This document shows, piece by piece, positions 16,501-25,056 of a DNA stretch of 27,967 nt. The notes below the pieces were generated by a model. It was not told the origin of the DNA. It saw only the letters and a list, made by a program, of their open reading frames with translations, and did not search any database. The translations under genes and the position numbers were made by a program. Each line of letters starts with the position of its first letter. Positions within the stretch are counted from its first letter, which is position 1. The stretch comes from a virus (taxonomy: Duplodnaviria > Caudoviricetes): positions 1 to 27,967 of IMG/VR virus record IMGVR_UViG_3300006867_000070; one strand, written 5' to 3'.

Positions 16501-17484
16501 ATGACAAACCTATTCAATGAGTTCATTAAAGGCCAACAAGCAGCGCAGAATTTTCAACTCAATAAAATGAGACTTGCTCAGGCTAATGCACTATTCCCAG
16601 CTGAACAGCAGATAAAACAACTAGAGATAGAGAGATTGCAGCAAGCATTGGCTACTGGAAAACAAGCAGAATTTCAGCAGGCACAGCAGAAAGAGCTAGC
16701 GGGCTACACGTTCAACCCTGCAACTGGTCAATACTCTATTAATCCAGCTCTGAAACAACAAATAGAAGCAACAAAGGCTCTCGCAGCTAAACCAGAATTA
16801 AAGGTAAGTGATATATCCTCTATTAACAAGGATCTGACAGCGTTAACTAAGGATGCCAGAGGTATTAAAGCGGCTGCTGATAGCTTGATAAGCCTTAAAG
16901 AGAGTTCAAGCCCAGCTTCAAAACTTGCAGCTGTGTTTAAGTTTATGAAAGCGTTAGATCCAACCTCTGTAGTAAGAGAAACAGAACAAGGTCAGGTTTA
17001 TGAGTCTCAAGGCATACCAGAACTATTATTAGGCAAGCTAAATAATATAACCGGAGAAGGCAAGCTTACTGGTCAGGCGTTCCAAGACCTCGTAGATACC
17101 TCAAAAATAATGGCTAACTCAGCCCTAGAGACCTCTAGAGAAGAGGCTATAAGCTTTTTAGATGTATTCTCAGAGCTTCCAGATGACAGACGAGCAGCTT
17201 TTGAAAAGAGGGTTCCAACACTGTTCGACGTTTCCAATATTAAACCGATTAAACCAGATCAACCTGCAATGGTAAATATTGGGAGTGGGCGCAATAAGCG
17301 AATAGTGCCTGCGGATGCTATTCCGGTTACAGAGCTTACTAATGAGCAGCTCATGCAAGAATACGAACGATTGCGAGGGAGTGGGCGCAATAAGCGAATA
17401 GTGCCTGCGGATGCTATTCCGGTTACAGAGCTTACTAATGAGCAGCTAATGCAAGAATACGAACGATTGCGAGGTGGTCAATAA
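16501..17484 (+). CDS. DNA ejection protein (P22 gp20-like position)
   Basis: Q/A-rich helical protein; FKFMKALDPTSVVRE motif; synteny. Confidence 0.65.
   Translation: MTNLFNEFIKGQQAAQNFQLNKMRLAQANALFPAEQQIKQLEIERLQQALATGKQAEFQQAQQKELAGYTFNPATGQYSINPALKQQIEATKALAAKPELKVSDISSINKDLTALTKDARGIKAAADSLISLKESSSPASKLAAVFKFMKALDPTSVVRETEQGQVYESQGIPELLLGKLNNITGEGKLTGQAFQDLVDTSKIMANSALETSREEAISFLDVFSELPDDRRAAFEKRVPTLFDVSNIKPIKPDQPAMVNIGSGRNKRIVPADAIPVTELTNEQLMQEYERLRGSGRNKRIVPADAIPVTELTNEQLMQEYERLRGGQ
17281..17472 (+). repeat. In-frame 96-bp tandem duplication (2 copies, 1 synonymous mismatch)
   Basis: 17281-17376 vs 17377-17472; C17352/A17448; encodes GSGRNKRIVPADAIPVTELTNEQLMQEYERLR twice. Confidence 0.97.
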
Positions 17485-19367
17485 TGGCAACTCTACAAGA
17501 AATAGAGGCTGAGTTATCGAGGCGTGGTCTATCAAGACAACAGCAAATAGAGGCTGAATTGTCGAAGAGAGGTCTAGACGTTGTAAACCCAAAATGGGCA
17601 GCTGAGCAGGCATCCAATATAGATGGAGTACCTAGCCAACCAGAGCCAGATCCAGAGACTAGAACGGTGGGGGATGCATTAAAAGGCGCGTTTGAAACTG
17701 GAATAGCATTGGTTGGCGGCGGTCTGGCAGGCAGTTATGGCTATGTTGGTGGACTTGCTGAAAGCTTGGTTAAAGAGGCGGCTAGTGGACAGTTTGACGC
17801 GGACAGAATAAGACAGTTAACCGAGCAAAGAGCGGCTGAATTTGCAAGACCTTTCATGCCAGAATCAGAAGCGGGAAGAGAATATACGCAGACTATTAGC
17901 GAATTACTCGGAAATATTCCGATGATCCCACAACTAGCTATAGAGCAACAAGCATTAAAAAATCTTGGTAGAGCAGGATTACAGGTTATCCCAGCAAAGA
18001 CTAAGGTAATCAATGACAATCTAGCTCAAGCGGCTAAGATTGTGAGAGAGCAGGCTTTCAAACGCAATCAACAATCTGCCAATCTTCCTTTGGGGTCTGT
18101 GGGTGCTCAAGCATTGAGTGATGCACAGATTAGAGCTGAAGCGGCAAAGAATTTACCAGTACCCATATATCTAACCAAGGGGCAATCTACAAGAGAATTT
18201 GATCAGCAACGATTCGAGAGAGAAACAGCAAAGCTAGAGGATGTTGGCGAACCATTAAGACAGAGATTTGCAGATCAGAACAGCCAATTGATACAGAATT
18301 TTGACTCATTCATAGACGAGGTTGGAGCAGAATTATATTACCCTTTAGAGATCGGGGAATCTGTTGTTAAAGCGATTCGAGCCGATGCAGCCAAAGATAA
18401 GGCTAAGATTAGAACGCTCTACAATCAGGCTAGAGAGGCCGGAGAGATGGGTAGAAAGGTAGATCTGAACCCTCTTTCTGACTACTTGAACGCTAATAGA
18501 GCAGAACGAGCTGAAAATAGCATAATGACCAAAACACAACGTCAATTAGAGGTTCTGGAGGTCGCTGGAGGATCATTTGAAGAAGGTACTCTATCATTGC
18601 GCCAAATGAGTTTAAACGAGGCTGAAGCTGTTAGGCGCTTCATAAACCGCAATGTAAACGATGCAGATCCTAATGATGTGAGGATAGCCACGAACCTTAA
18701 GAACCTCATAGATGCCTCCACAGAAGGACAGGGAGGTGAAAAATACAAGGCAGCTAGAAAGGCTAGGTTTGATTATGCGGAGAAGTTCGAGAACGTTGGA
18801 TTAATAGACAATCTGTTAACAACCAAGCGAGGAACCGTAGACAGAAAGATCGCTCTAGAGGATGTTGTCAGGAAGTCGGTAATATCCTCAGCCACCCCCT
18901 ACCAATCTACCTACCACCTCAGAAAGCTGCTACAAAATGCAGGCGAAGAAGGAAAGCAGGCGTGGAGAGAGTTACAGGGTTCAACGTTGAGACACCTAAA
19001 AGACCAGATGACTAAAAACGTAGCACGCAATGAAAGAGGTGATCCGGTTGTTTCGGCTGCGGCTCTAGATCGTGAGTTAATGGCATTAGATAGAAATGGA
19101 AAATTAGATCTTCTATTTGGCAAGAGTGGAGCCCAGAAACTACGAACTATTAATGATGTAGCAAAAGTGGTTCTAACCTCACCTCCTGGATCTGTTAATC
19201 ATTCCAATACTGCTACGGTATTAGCTGGATTGATGGACATTGCTGTAAGTGGATCGAGCGGAGTACCCGCCCCTGTTTTCACCTCTGTTAAGTTATTGAC
19301 TGATGGTTTGAAAGACAAGAAATTAAAGAAACGTGTCGCTGATGCTTTAAAAACTGAAGAGGAATAA
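17484..19367 (+). CDS. DNA ejection protein (P22 gp16-like position)
   Basis: 627-aa helical protein with a Gly-rich hydrophobic segment; LTKGQ.TR and VNHSNTA motifs; synteny. Confidence 0.65.
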   Translation: MATLQEIEAELSRRGLSRQQQIEAELSKRGLDVVNPKWAAEQASNIDGVPSQPEPDPETRTVGDALKGAFETGIALVGGGLAGSYGYVGGLAESLVKEAASGQFDADRIRQLTEQRAAEFARPFMPESEAGREYTQTISELLGNIPMIPQLAIEQQALKNLGRAGLQVIPAKTKVINDNLAQAAKIVREQAFKRNQQSANLPLGSVGAQALSDAQIRAEAAKNLPVPIYLTKGQSTREFDQQRFERETAKLEDVGEPLRQRFADQNSQLIQNFDSFIDEVGAELYYPLEIGESVVKAIRADAAKDKAKIRTLYNQAREAGEMGRKVDLNPLSDYLNANRAERAENSIMTKTQRQLEVLEVAGGSFEEGTLSLRQMSLNEAEAVRRFINRNVNDADPNDVRIATNLKNLIDASTEGQGGEKYKAARKARFDYAEKFENVGLIDNLLTTKRGTVDRKIALEDVVRKSVISSATPYQSTYHLRKLLQNAGEEGKQAWRELQGSTLRHLKDQMTKNVARNERGDPVVSAAALDRELMALDRNGKLDLLFGKSGAQKLRTINDVAKVVLTSPPGSVNHSNTATVLAGLMDIAVSGSSGVPAPVFTSVKLLTDGLKDKKLKKRVADALKTEEE

Positions 19368-19369
19368 TC

Positions 19370-21181
19370 ATGGCTTGGACTCCAATTTCTGGAACTATGA
19401 CTCAATACCAAACAAGTACGGGAGATCTAGCCAGCAGCTATTATCTCAAATTCTATCAATCCGGCACGACTACAGCTTTTAATATGGCTACAGACTCAAC
19501 CGGAGGAACCACGCTTGCAAAATGTCAGCTAGATAGTTCAGGTTATCCCACCACGGACGGATCGACTAGATTTATCCCACACGTTAACCAGAAATATAAG
19601 ATCGTTCTATACAAAAATTCTACGGACGCAGACGCAAATACAACAGGCAACGCGGATTGGGTTATAGATGCAGTTGATCAGGCGGCAATAAAAGCAGAGA
19701 ATGAGATAATATTTGAAACTGTAGCAGCGATGGTTGCAGACACTACTCTATCAGTAGGGGATCACGTTAGAACGCTTGGCTATACTACCATAGGTGATGG
19801 AGGCGGTAATGAATATGATGTTGTGGCAGCGGCTACTGGTACGGATGATGGAGGTTCCTATATTGATTTAGCTACACATCAAGCTAAAGGACTATTCCCT
19901 AACGACTACTACAGCGTAAAGCATTTTGGATCTGTTAGTGATGGCTCTACTGATGATACAGCGGTTATTTTGGTGGCTGCGGCTGCATATAAATATATAC
20001 ACATTCCCTATAACACTAAATACGACCCTCAAACGTTATTAGCCACTCTACCGACGGATGTTGTAATTTTCGACGCCTCAATGATCAATAGTTTCAACTC
20101 AGCGGGAGAGACTACTAAAGAAGTAGGTCTCATATCAAAAGATACAGCTGCAAGCGATACGCACTGGTTAATAGCAAGTGACCACCATGCGATTTTGCAG
20201 TTATCCAACTTCGGCGGCGCTGGCACTACTTCTGCGAGCCAGAGAAAGGGGTCAATGGTATGGACAGCCGGTAAATTTGAAAACGCCTCAGCTACTAATA
20301 AGAATGGGTGGCGAGGTGGCGCAATCAAGCAATTCACAAAAGAAAGTAGCGGATCGTACTGGATAGAAACCCTTAGATGCTTGGCTCCTTGGGCGGCGAT
20401 AGGTGGCGACTATGAGAGGTGGAAGACTGGCGAATCTGTATCAAGCGGCGATTATAGAACGAATGATGATCAACATTATGTAGCAGCGTCTACGGGTACG
20501 ACCGGAGCGACAGGACCAACTCATACTACAGGCACCGTTTCGGATGGTGGAGTAGATTGGACATGGATTGATACAGCAGACAGAACTATCTATCAGATTG
20601 ATGAGTACGGTAGATTCCTAATCGGTACAGGTTCAGCAGGGTCTACTTTTCGGCATAAGGTTGGCCTAACTGATCCCGTGGGCAATTATGTTGGTCAATT
20701 TGCAGCAAGAGGTACATCCAAAACGGTTAGACTTGCCTTCTACCCTACGGATGGCGCAGACGCAGAAGAGTTACAGCCTTATATACTAGCTCAAGCTGGT
20801 GTTGGGCTAAGGATCTTCAGCAGCACTGGCACAGAGATAGCAAGATTCAATGACGATTTGGGAACCTATCTAAAAGAAAACGCTAGATCCTGGACAATGG
20901 TTAGCGATGGTGATACCACTCCAAGCGTGGATGGTGTTGCAACTATTTACACTCAGAATACAGGGGCCACCTCGATTACCGCGTTTGATGATGGTGATGA
21001 TGGACAGGTTGTAGATCTTGTCATCATTGATGCTAATACGACTTTAGTACATAGTTCCACGTTCATGCTGGCTGGTAGCGTGAATCTAACCACTCCGGCG
21101 GCATATACGACTGTCACATTCCAGAAAGTACCTTCATCAATTTCTAACCGTTGGATCGAGATAGGGAGAAGCGAGAAATAG
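19370..21181 (+). CDS. Tailspike / receptor-binding protein
   Basis: N-terminal anchor; TLGYTTIGDGGG..Y module; VKHFG..DG.TDDT beta-helix cap motif; CBM-like W..G...PTHTTGTVSDGGVDWTW insert. Confidence 0.85.
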   Translation: MAWTPISGTMTQYQTSTGDLASSYYLKFYQSGTTTAFNMATDSTGGTTLAKCQLDSSGYPTTDGSTRFIPHVNQKYKIVLYKNSTDADANTTGNADWVIDAVDQAAIKAENEIIFETVAAMVADTTLSVGDHVRTLGYTTIGDGGGNEYDVVAAATGTDDGGSYIDLATHQAKGLFPNDYYSVKHFGSVSDGSTDDTAVILVAAAAYKYIHIPYNTKYDPQTLLATLPTDVVIFDASMINSFNSAGETTKEVGLISKDTAASDTHWLIASDHHAILQLSNFGGAGTTSASQRKGSMVWTAGKFENASATNKNGWRGGAIKQFTKESSGSYWIETLRCLAPWAAIGGDYERWKTGESVSSGDYRTNDDQHYVAASTGTTGATGPTHTTGTVSDGGVDWTWIDTADRTIYQIDEYGRFLIGTGSAGSTFRHKVGLTDPVGNYVGQFAARGTSKTVRLAFYPTDGADAEELQPYILAQAGVGLRIFSSTGTEIARFNDDLGTYLKENARSWTMVSDGDTTPSVDGVATIYTQNTGATSITAFDDGDDGQVVDLVIIDANTTLVHSSTFMLAGSVNLTTPAAYTTVTFQKVPSSISNRWIEIGRSEK

Positions 21182-21216
21182 CTTGATTAGTGCAAAGAAT
21201 AATCTAAAATTAAGAT

Positions 21217-21513
21217 ATGCATGATCACGAAATACCATCATTTATATTATGGACAATAATCCTTGGCTACTCAGTAATAGCGGTACAGTTTAGTAAGTTG
21301 CTGAGTACGTCGAAGAATGAGCGCGGTAGGAAAGCCCTTCTATACTTGATCGGAATTTTTATATTATGCTCATTTTGTGGGTATGCGTCACATTTTATTC
21401 CATCTAGTTATAAATGGATTATTATAGGCGGCCATATTATTTTATCTATCCTTACATGGCTATATATCCTTACACACCAAGTTGAAGTCGTTATCAACAT
21501 TTTCAGAGATTAG
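21217..21513 (+). CDS. Three-TM membrane protein (putative holin or lysis regulator)
   Basis: Three hydrophobic segments; first gene of the lysis cluster. Confidence 0.6.
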   Translation: MHDHEIPSFILWTIILGYSVIAVQFSKLLSTSKNERGRKALLYLIGIFILCSFCGYASHFIPSSYKWIIIGGHIILSILTWLYILTHQVEVVINIFRD

Positions 21514-21515
21514 CT

Positions 21516-21749
21516 ATGGATTTTCTTGAGATGTTCACGGGGCCGAGCGGCGGATCACATGCGGCGTTTTATATAATCGGCATTGTTACTGGTTGGGGAA
21601 TAGCTCAGAAAACGATTGTTAAACGAGCGGATGAGCGAGTAGAAGAGCTGAAACAGAGAATAGAGAAGCTGGAATCTAGATTAACTGATGTAGAGGATTC
21701 ACGATTTGAGGCAATCATTAACGTTAATACCACCTCACCGGACCACTGA
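21516..21749 (+). CDS. Single-TM plus coiled-coil protein (holin/antiholin-like)
   Basis: AAFYIIGIVTGWGIA followed by heptad repeats; adjacent to the endolysin. Confidence 0.55.
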   Translation: MDFLEMFTGPSGGSHAAFYIIGIVTGWGIAQKTIVKRADERVEELKQRIEKLESRLTDVEDSRFEAIINVNTTSPDH

Positions 21750-22131
21750 CAAACACGGGTCTGGATCCTATGGCGCGGCTAGAGGCGATCGTAGTCATCG
21801 AGGCATAGATTATGCTGCATATCCTGGCTCTACCCTACTCTCACCTGTTTCTGGCCTGGTTAACCGGATTGGATATCCCTACTCTAGGCTTGGTCCAAAA
21901 GGCGATTATCAGCTAATTGAGATCCAAGTAGATGATCAAACTATGGCTAAGTTCTTTTATTTAGATCCACTTGTTCAGCCTGGTAGGAAGGTCATGCGAG
22001 GCCAACCATTGGGAATAGTCCAAGATTTAGGAAAGGTCTACCCAGGCATAACAAACCACTTTCATCTAGAGATATGGATAGAAGGCCAGCACGTTAACCC
22101 TCAAATATGGTTAGATAACTACGGTGAATAG
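21706..22131 (+). CDS. M23-family Zn metallopeptidase endolysin
   Basis: HRGID (HxxxD), HFH (HxH) and VNP motifs. Confidence 0.88.
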   Translation: MRQSLTLIPPHRTTDKHGSGSYGAARGDRSHRGIDYAAYPGSTLLSPVSGLVNRIGYPYSRLGPKGDYQLIEIQVDDQTMAKFFYLDPLVQPGRKVMRGQPLGIVQDLGKVYPGITNHFHLEIWIEGQHVNPQIWLDNYGE

Positions 22132-22133
22132 CA

Positions 22134-22523
22134 ATGGGGTTCTTTTCTAAGTTATTGGGCGATACAGCAGCGGCTCCTATCGAGGCGATTGGTAACATCA
22201 TTGATGATATACATACGTCTACTGAAGAGAAGCTAGAAGCTGAACAGACTCTATACAAGGTTCAGGCTAAATTACAAGGTTTGCAGGCTGAGATAACCAA
22301 ACAAGAAGCCACTCACAGGACCGTATTCGTTGCTGGTTGGAGGCCAATGATTGGCTGGGTATGTGGTACAGGTATAGCAATAAACTTCATTTTAGCGCCT
22401 CTCGTTAGTCCGTGGTGGATCATCCATACTGCTAACCCTGATGCTCTATTTACCCTATCACTAGCCATGATGGGTGTTGCTGGGTTACGGACGGTCGAAA
22501 AGGCTAAAGGTTTAACTCGTTAG
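22134..22523 (+). CDS. Holin (GTA-type 3TM holin family)
   Basis: FVAGWRPMIGWVCG and GLRTVEKAKG motifs. Confidence 0.85.
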   Translation: MGFFSKLLGDTAAAPIEAIGNIIDDIHTSTEEKLEAEQTLYKVQAKLQGLQAEITKQEATHRTVFVAGWRPMIGWVCGTGIAINFILAPLVSPWWIIHTANPDALFTLSLAMMGVAGLRTVEKAKGLTR

Positions 22524-23011
22524 ACTCCCCTCAATAGCGTATTGTTCATGTCACGTTGTCGGAACTCTTCTTTCTGTTCCTCAGTCATACTATCCCATTT
22601 GACATAGAGGCCATTTGCCATTATTCCCTTTCTATCCTTAATCTCATTCCAAGCTATATAGAAACAGTCCTCAAGCTTCCATCCGTTATACTCACACAGC
22701 GCGTATAATGCTCTCATAGCAGCTCGGTAGGAACCGTTTATAACACACTTTGCGCACATCCCAATTCCACTGTGAGCAAAGCTATCCAGTTTAAACTCAT
22801 ATTCAAACAGATTTTGAAACCTCGCAGCATTGACTATGCATACCGCTATGTCTCCTACTGCATCCATTCTATCAAGCATACTGCTTGCCGTTAGATACTC
22901 TCCTATCTCTTCCAACGCCTTAGCTTTCTGATGAGCCTCTGTTGACTGATCATAGATACCTCTAACAATAGCCCAACCCTCAACATTGCGTTTAAATTCG
23001 CTAAACCTCAT
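22520..23011 (-). CDS. MazG-like NTP pyrophosphohydrolase
   Basis: WA..RGI, KALEEIGE, DAVGD and C...AWNEIKDRKG.M..G.YVK motifs. Confidence 0.8.
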   Translation of the reverse strand: MRFSEFKRNVEGWAIVRGIYDQSTEAHQKAKALEEIGEYLTASSMLDRMDAVGDIAVCIVNAARFQNLFEYEFKLDSFAHSGIGMCAKCVINGSYRAAMRALYALCEYNGWKLEDCFYIAWNEIKDRKGIMANGLYVKWDSMTEEQKEEFRQRDMNNTLLRGV

Positions 23012-23130
23012 TAGTCATCCCCCATGATTAATTTATACCCTCCGAATAGTGCCAGAGCAAACCCGATGGGCGGCATGAAAGGTATAGCAAACACTCCTAC
23101 AACACCAGTTAACAAGTAAAGCATGTTCAT
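23011..23130 (-). CDS. Small membrane peptide, 39 aa (not in ORF track)
   Basis: SD AAGGAG; MNMLYLLTGVVGVFAIPFMPPIGFALALFGGYKLIMGDD*; stop overlaps the mazG-like ATG. Confidence 0.7.
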   Translation of the reverse strand: MNMLYLLTGVVGVFAIPFMPPIGFALALFGGYKLIMGDD

Positions 23131-23143
23131 AATATCAATCTCC

Positions 23144-23347
23144 TTATTTTCCATCAAACGGGTTAATCTTATTCCAAAATGTTCTAGGTTCTTCCTGTCC
23201 TAGCTCAGACTCTATATAATAGAAACCATCAACTGCTCTTTCATATGCCCACACATGCCAGTTCATGTGTCCTATCAGGATTCCGACAGCAACCGGAACC
23301 CCCTTTTCTCTGATAAACCTCTTACATTTTTCTATTTCGTTTTTCAT
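23144..23347 (-). CDS. Hypothetical protein
   Basis: SD AAGGAG upstream; lies in the - strand operon. Confidence 0.65.
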   Translation of the reverse strand: MKNEIEKCKRFIREKGVPVAVGILIGHMNWHVWAYERAVDGFYYIESELGQEEPRTFWNKINPFDGK

Positions 23348-23483
23348 ATTCGCAAAACTCCTTGTATGCTGCCATTGGTCTATGTGTTAACTTGTCTATC
23401 TTCCTTTTCGCTGATATTAGGTTGCACAAGAAGAAGACTAATATCAATCCGGTCACGAAAAACACTCCACTCCATTCTATCAT
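23322..23483 (-). CDS. Small single-TM protein, 53 aa (not in ORF track)
   Basis: MIEWSGVFFVTGLILVFFLCNLISAKRK...; ATGA coupled to the upstream ORF. Confidence 0.65.
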   Translation of the reverse strand: MIEWSGVFFVTGLILVFFLCNLISAKRKIDKLTHRPMAAYKEFCEYEKRNRKM

Positions 23484-23614
23484 TGTAAACCTCTCATGCA
23501 TTCAGACATTTGTTGAAACATCTCAATCTGATCCAGCCGTTGATTCATGCTATTCAGTTGAGTACCCATAATTACGACTAAGACTGCCAGTATTACCAAA
23601 TTCCATTTATCCAT
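23480..23614 (-). CDS. Small single-TM protein, 44 aa (not in ORF track)
   Basis: MDKWNLVILAVLVVIMGTQLNSMNQRLDQIEMFQQMSECMRGLQ*; SD GAGGTG. Confidence 0.65.
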   Translation of the reverse strand: MDKWNLVILAVLVVIMGTQLNSMNQRLDQIEMFQQMSECMRGLQ

Positions 23615-24593
23615 GCTTCACCTCGCTCAACCAATCCCATGATCTACCATTCCTTGCTACTACCCTACCCTCTAGCTCTTCCAAAACCTGCTTGGCCGTA
23701 TTCTTGGAGCCGCCACACTTTTCTACCAGAGTATCGTATTTCAGGTTTGGTACTGACCTGTTAATGATGGCAGTACGCATTTTAGTACGGTACTTATCTG
23801 AGGTTGTTCCGGTACGGTTAGGCGGTACTGAATCCCGTTTAGTACTCGTTTCGGTACTATTTGGGCCATTTAGTACTGAAACCGGACGCTCAGCCCAATC
23901 ATTTGACTCACTTTTAACCTGTTTTACTGGTCGTGATGTCATAGTCGCTGCGGCTCCTAAACTAACTTCCATGCAGACCAGAATGAATGTCAAGCACCAC
24001 ATTGTAATAAGCGTAACAATCTCAACAGGCTTTCCAGTGAGCTTTGATAGATACCCAAACACAGCCATAGCGCCAGATTCAAACCTGCCATTCTTAGATT
24101 CTAGCTTAGCCAAGCGCTCCCTAGCATTGCTGAGCTTCTCTTCAAGCACAGCCTTTTGGTCTCCGACTTTTCGAGCGTTCCAAGGATTTTGGGTGGCTAG
24201 CAGGGTGGCTATCTCTAGATTCCTGGCTGATATTTGGTCCTTCAGATCGTCTATAGTATCTCTAATCACAGCAATCTCAGGATCAGCTTTGTTTGTACCT
24301 GCATTCAACCACGCAGCTGAAGACACGAAGATCGTAAATACTAACAATCCAACAGTTGCGATGGCAGACATCCCCTTTAATAACCAGCCTGGCAGCTTCT
24401 TAGCGTAGAAGAAGGTCAAAGAGAATAGGGCGATTGCAAATAGATACGAGTATCTAGGGTCGAAGTTTGATCCATAATCGAATGCAAATGAGCTAGTGCA
24501 ATAAGCTACACCCAGCGTCATTACAATTAAGAATATCCGTGATGTTAATATGTCTAAGAATCCGTTAGCGGCTCTTTCTAGTCTTCCTTCCAT
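23607..24593 (-). CDS. Multi-TM, coiled-coil protein with a C-terminal winged-HTH-like domain
   Basis: Three TM segments, coiled coil, fourth TM, S/T linker, then LKYDTLVEKCGGSKNTAKQVLEELEGRVV; strong SD GGAGG before ATG 24593. Confidence 0.75.
   Translation of the reverse strand: MEGRLERAANGFLDILTSRIFLIVMTLGVAYCTSSFAFDYGSNFDPRYSYLFAIALFSLTFFYAKKLPGWLLKGMSAIATVGLLVFTIFVSSAAWLNAGTNKADPEIAVIRDTIDDLKDQISARNLEIATLLATQNPWNARKVGDQKAVLEEKLSNARERLAKLESKNGRFESGAMAVFGYLSKLTGKPVEIVTLITMWCLTFILVCMEVSLGAAATMTSRPVKQVKSESNDWAERPVSVLNGPNSTETSTKRDSVPPNRTGTTSDKYRTKMRTAIINRSVPNLKYDTLVEKCGGSKNTAKQVLEELEGRVVARNGRSWDWLSEVKHG
23750..23876. repeat. Array of nine GTAC-centred motifs (consensus ~TTTRGTACK)
   Basis: GTAC at 23750, 23773, 23785, 23790, 23812, 23825, 23842, 23854 and 23873. 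Confidence 0.8.
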
Positions 24594-24762
24594 TTTTCTT
24601 CCTCCTTCGTTTAAGAATCTTGTGCAGATCACAGCGTCTACAGATCCGCACAGTGAATATCCAATGTGTTATGTAAGTTATGATTACTAGATAGATCAGT
24701 AAGATCCCAATCTGAACAACCAGTAAACAATCGCTACACCCGTTAATAAAAGACAAATCCAA
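24565..24762 (-). CDS. Small single-TM protein with a basic tail
   Basis: Hydrophobic segment then a K/R-rich C-terminus; SD AGGAG. Confidence 0.55.
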   Translation of the reverse strand: MDLSFINGCSDCLLVVQIGILLIYLVIITYITHWIFTVRICRRCDLHKILKRRRKKNGRKTRKSR

Positions 24763-24772
24763 TCAACTCCTG

Positions 24773-25000
24773 TTAGTTTCCTGTCATCCATTTTAGATCC
24801 TCCTTGTTTCTCATCCAGACCGTTATTTCCTGTTCAATTACATCTCTAATTTTAGTTACAGTCAGATCCCGTAATTCTATTGATGTGATCTGATCCATAA
24901 TGATATCTGTTAGCGCTACTTGCTCGCTGAAACTATCCGCTAGAAAATATTTACTAATGATATCTGCTACTTCTTCCCTACATACGTTACGTCCTATCAT
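24773..25000 (-). CDS. Hypothetical protein
   Basis: SD AAGGAG; operon context. Confidence 0.7.
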   Translation of the reverse strand: MIGRNVCREEVADIISKYFLADSFSEQVALTDIIMDQITSIELRDLTVTKIRDVIEQEITVWMRNKEDLKWMTGN

Positions 25001-25056
25001 GTGACTCTCCTTGAATTGTTAGAGTGGGAGAGGGTACTACATGATCCCTCAGTTAA

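Noticed and set aside
17281-17472. CRISPR array or DGR TR/VR pair
   Set aside because: The copies are directly adjacent, in frame, have no spacer and differ at only one site
1263-20366. Short alternative-frame or antisense ORFs nested in structural genes (e.g. 1263, 2323, 5230, 5473, 14250, 20029)
   Set aside because: They are fully nested in well-supported genes and show no recognisable domains
23255-23571. + strand ORFs 23255-23488 and 23362-23571
   Set aside because: The region is better explained by coupled - strand ORFs with SD sites
23692-24408. 238-aa + strand ORF
   Set aside because: Antisense shadow of the membrane-HTH gene, with no recognisable motifs
25030-25050. GAGGG..CCCTC hairpin as a terminator after the SSB-like gene
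   Set aside because: Short stem and no U-tract on the - strand
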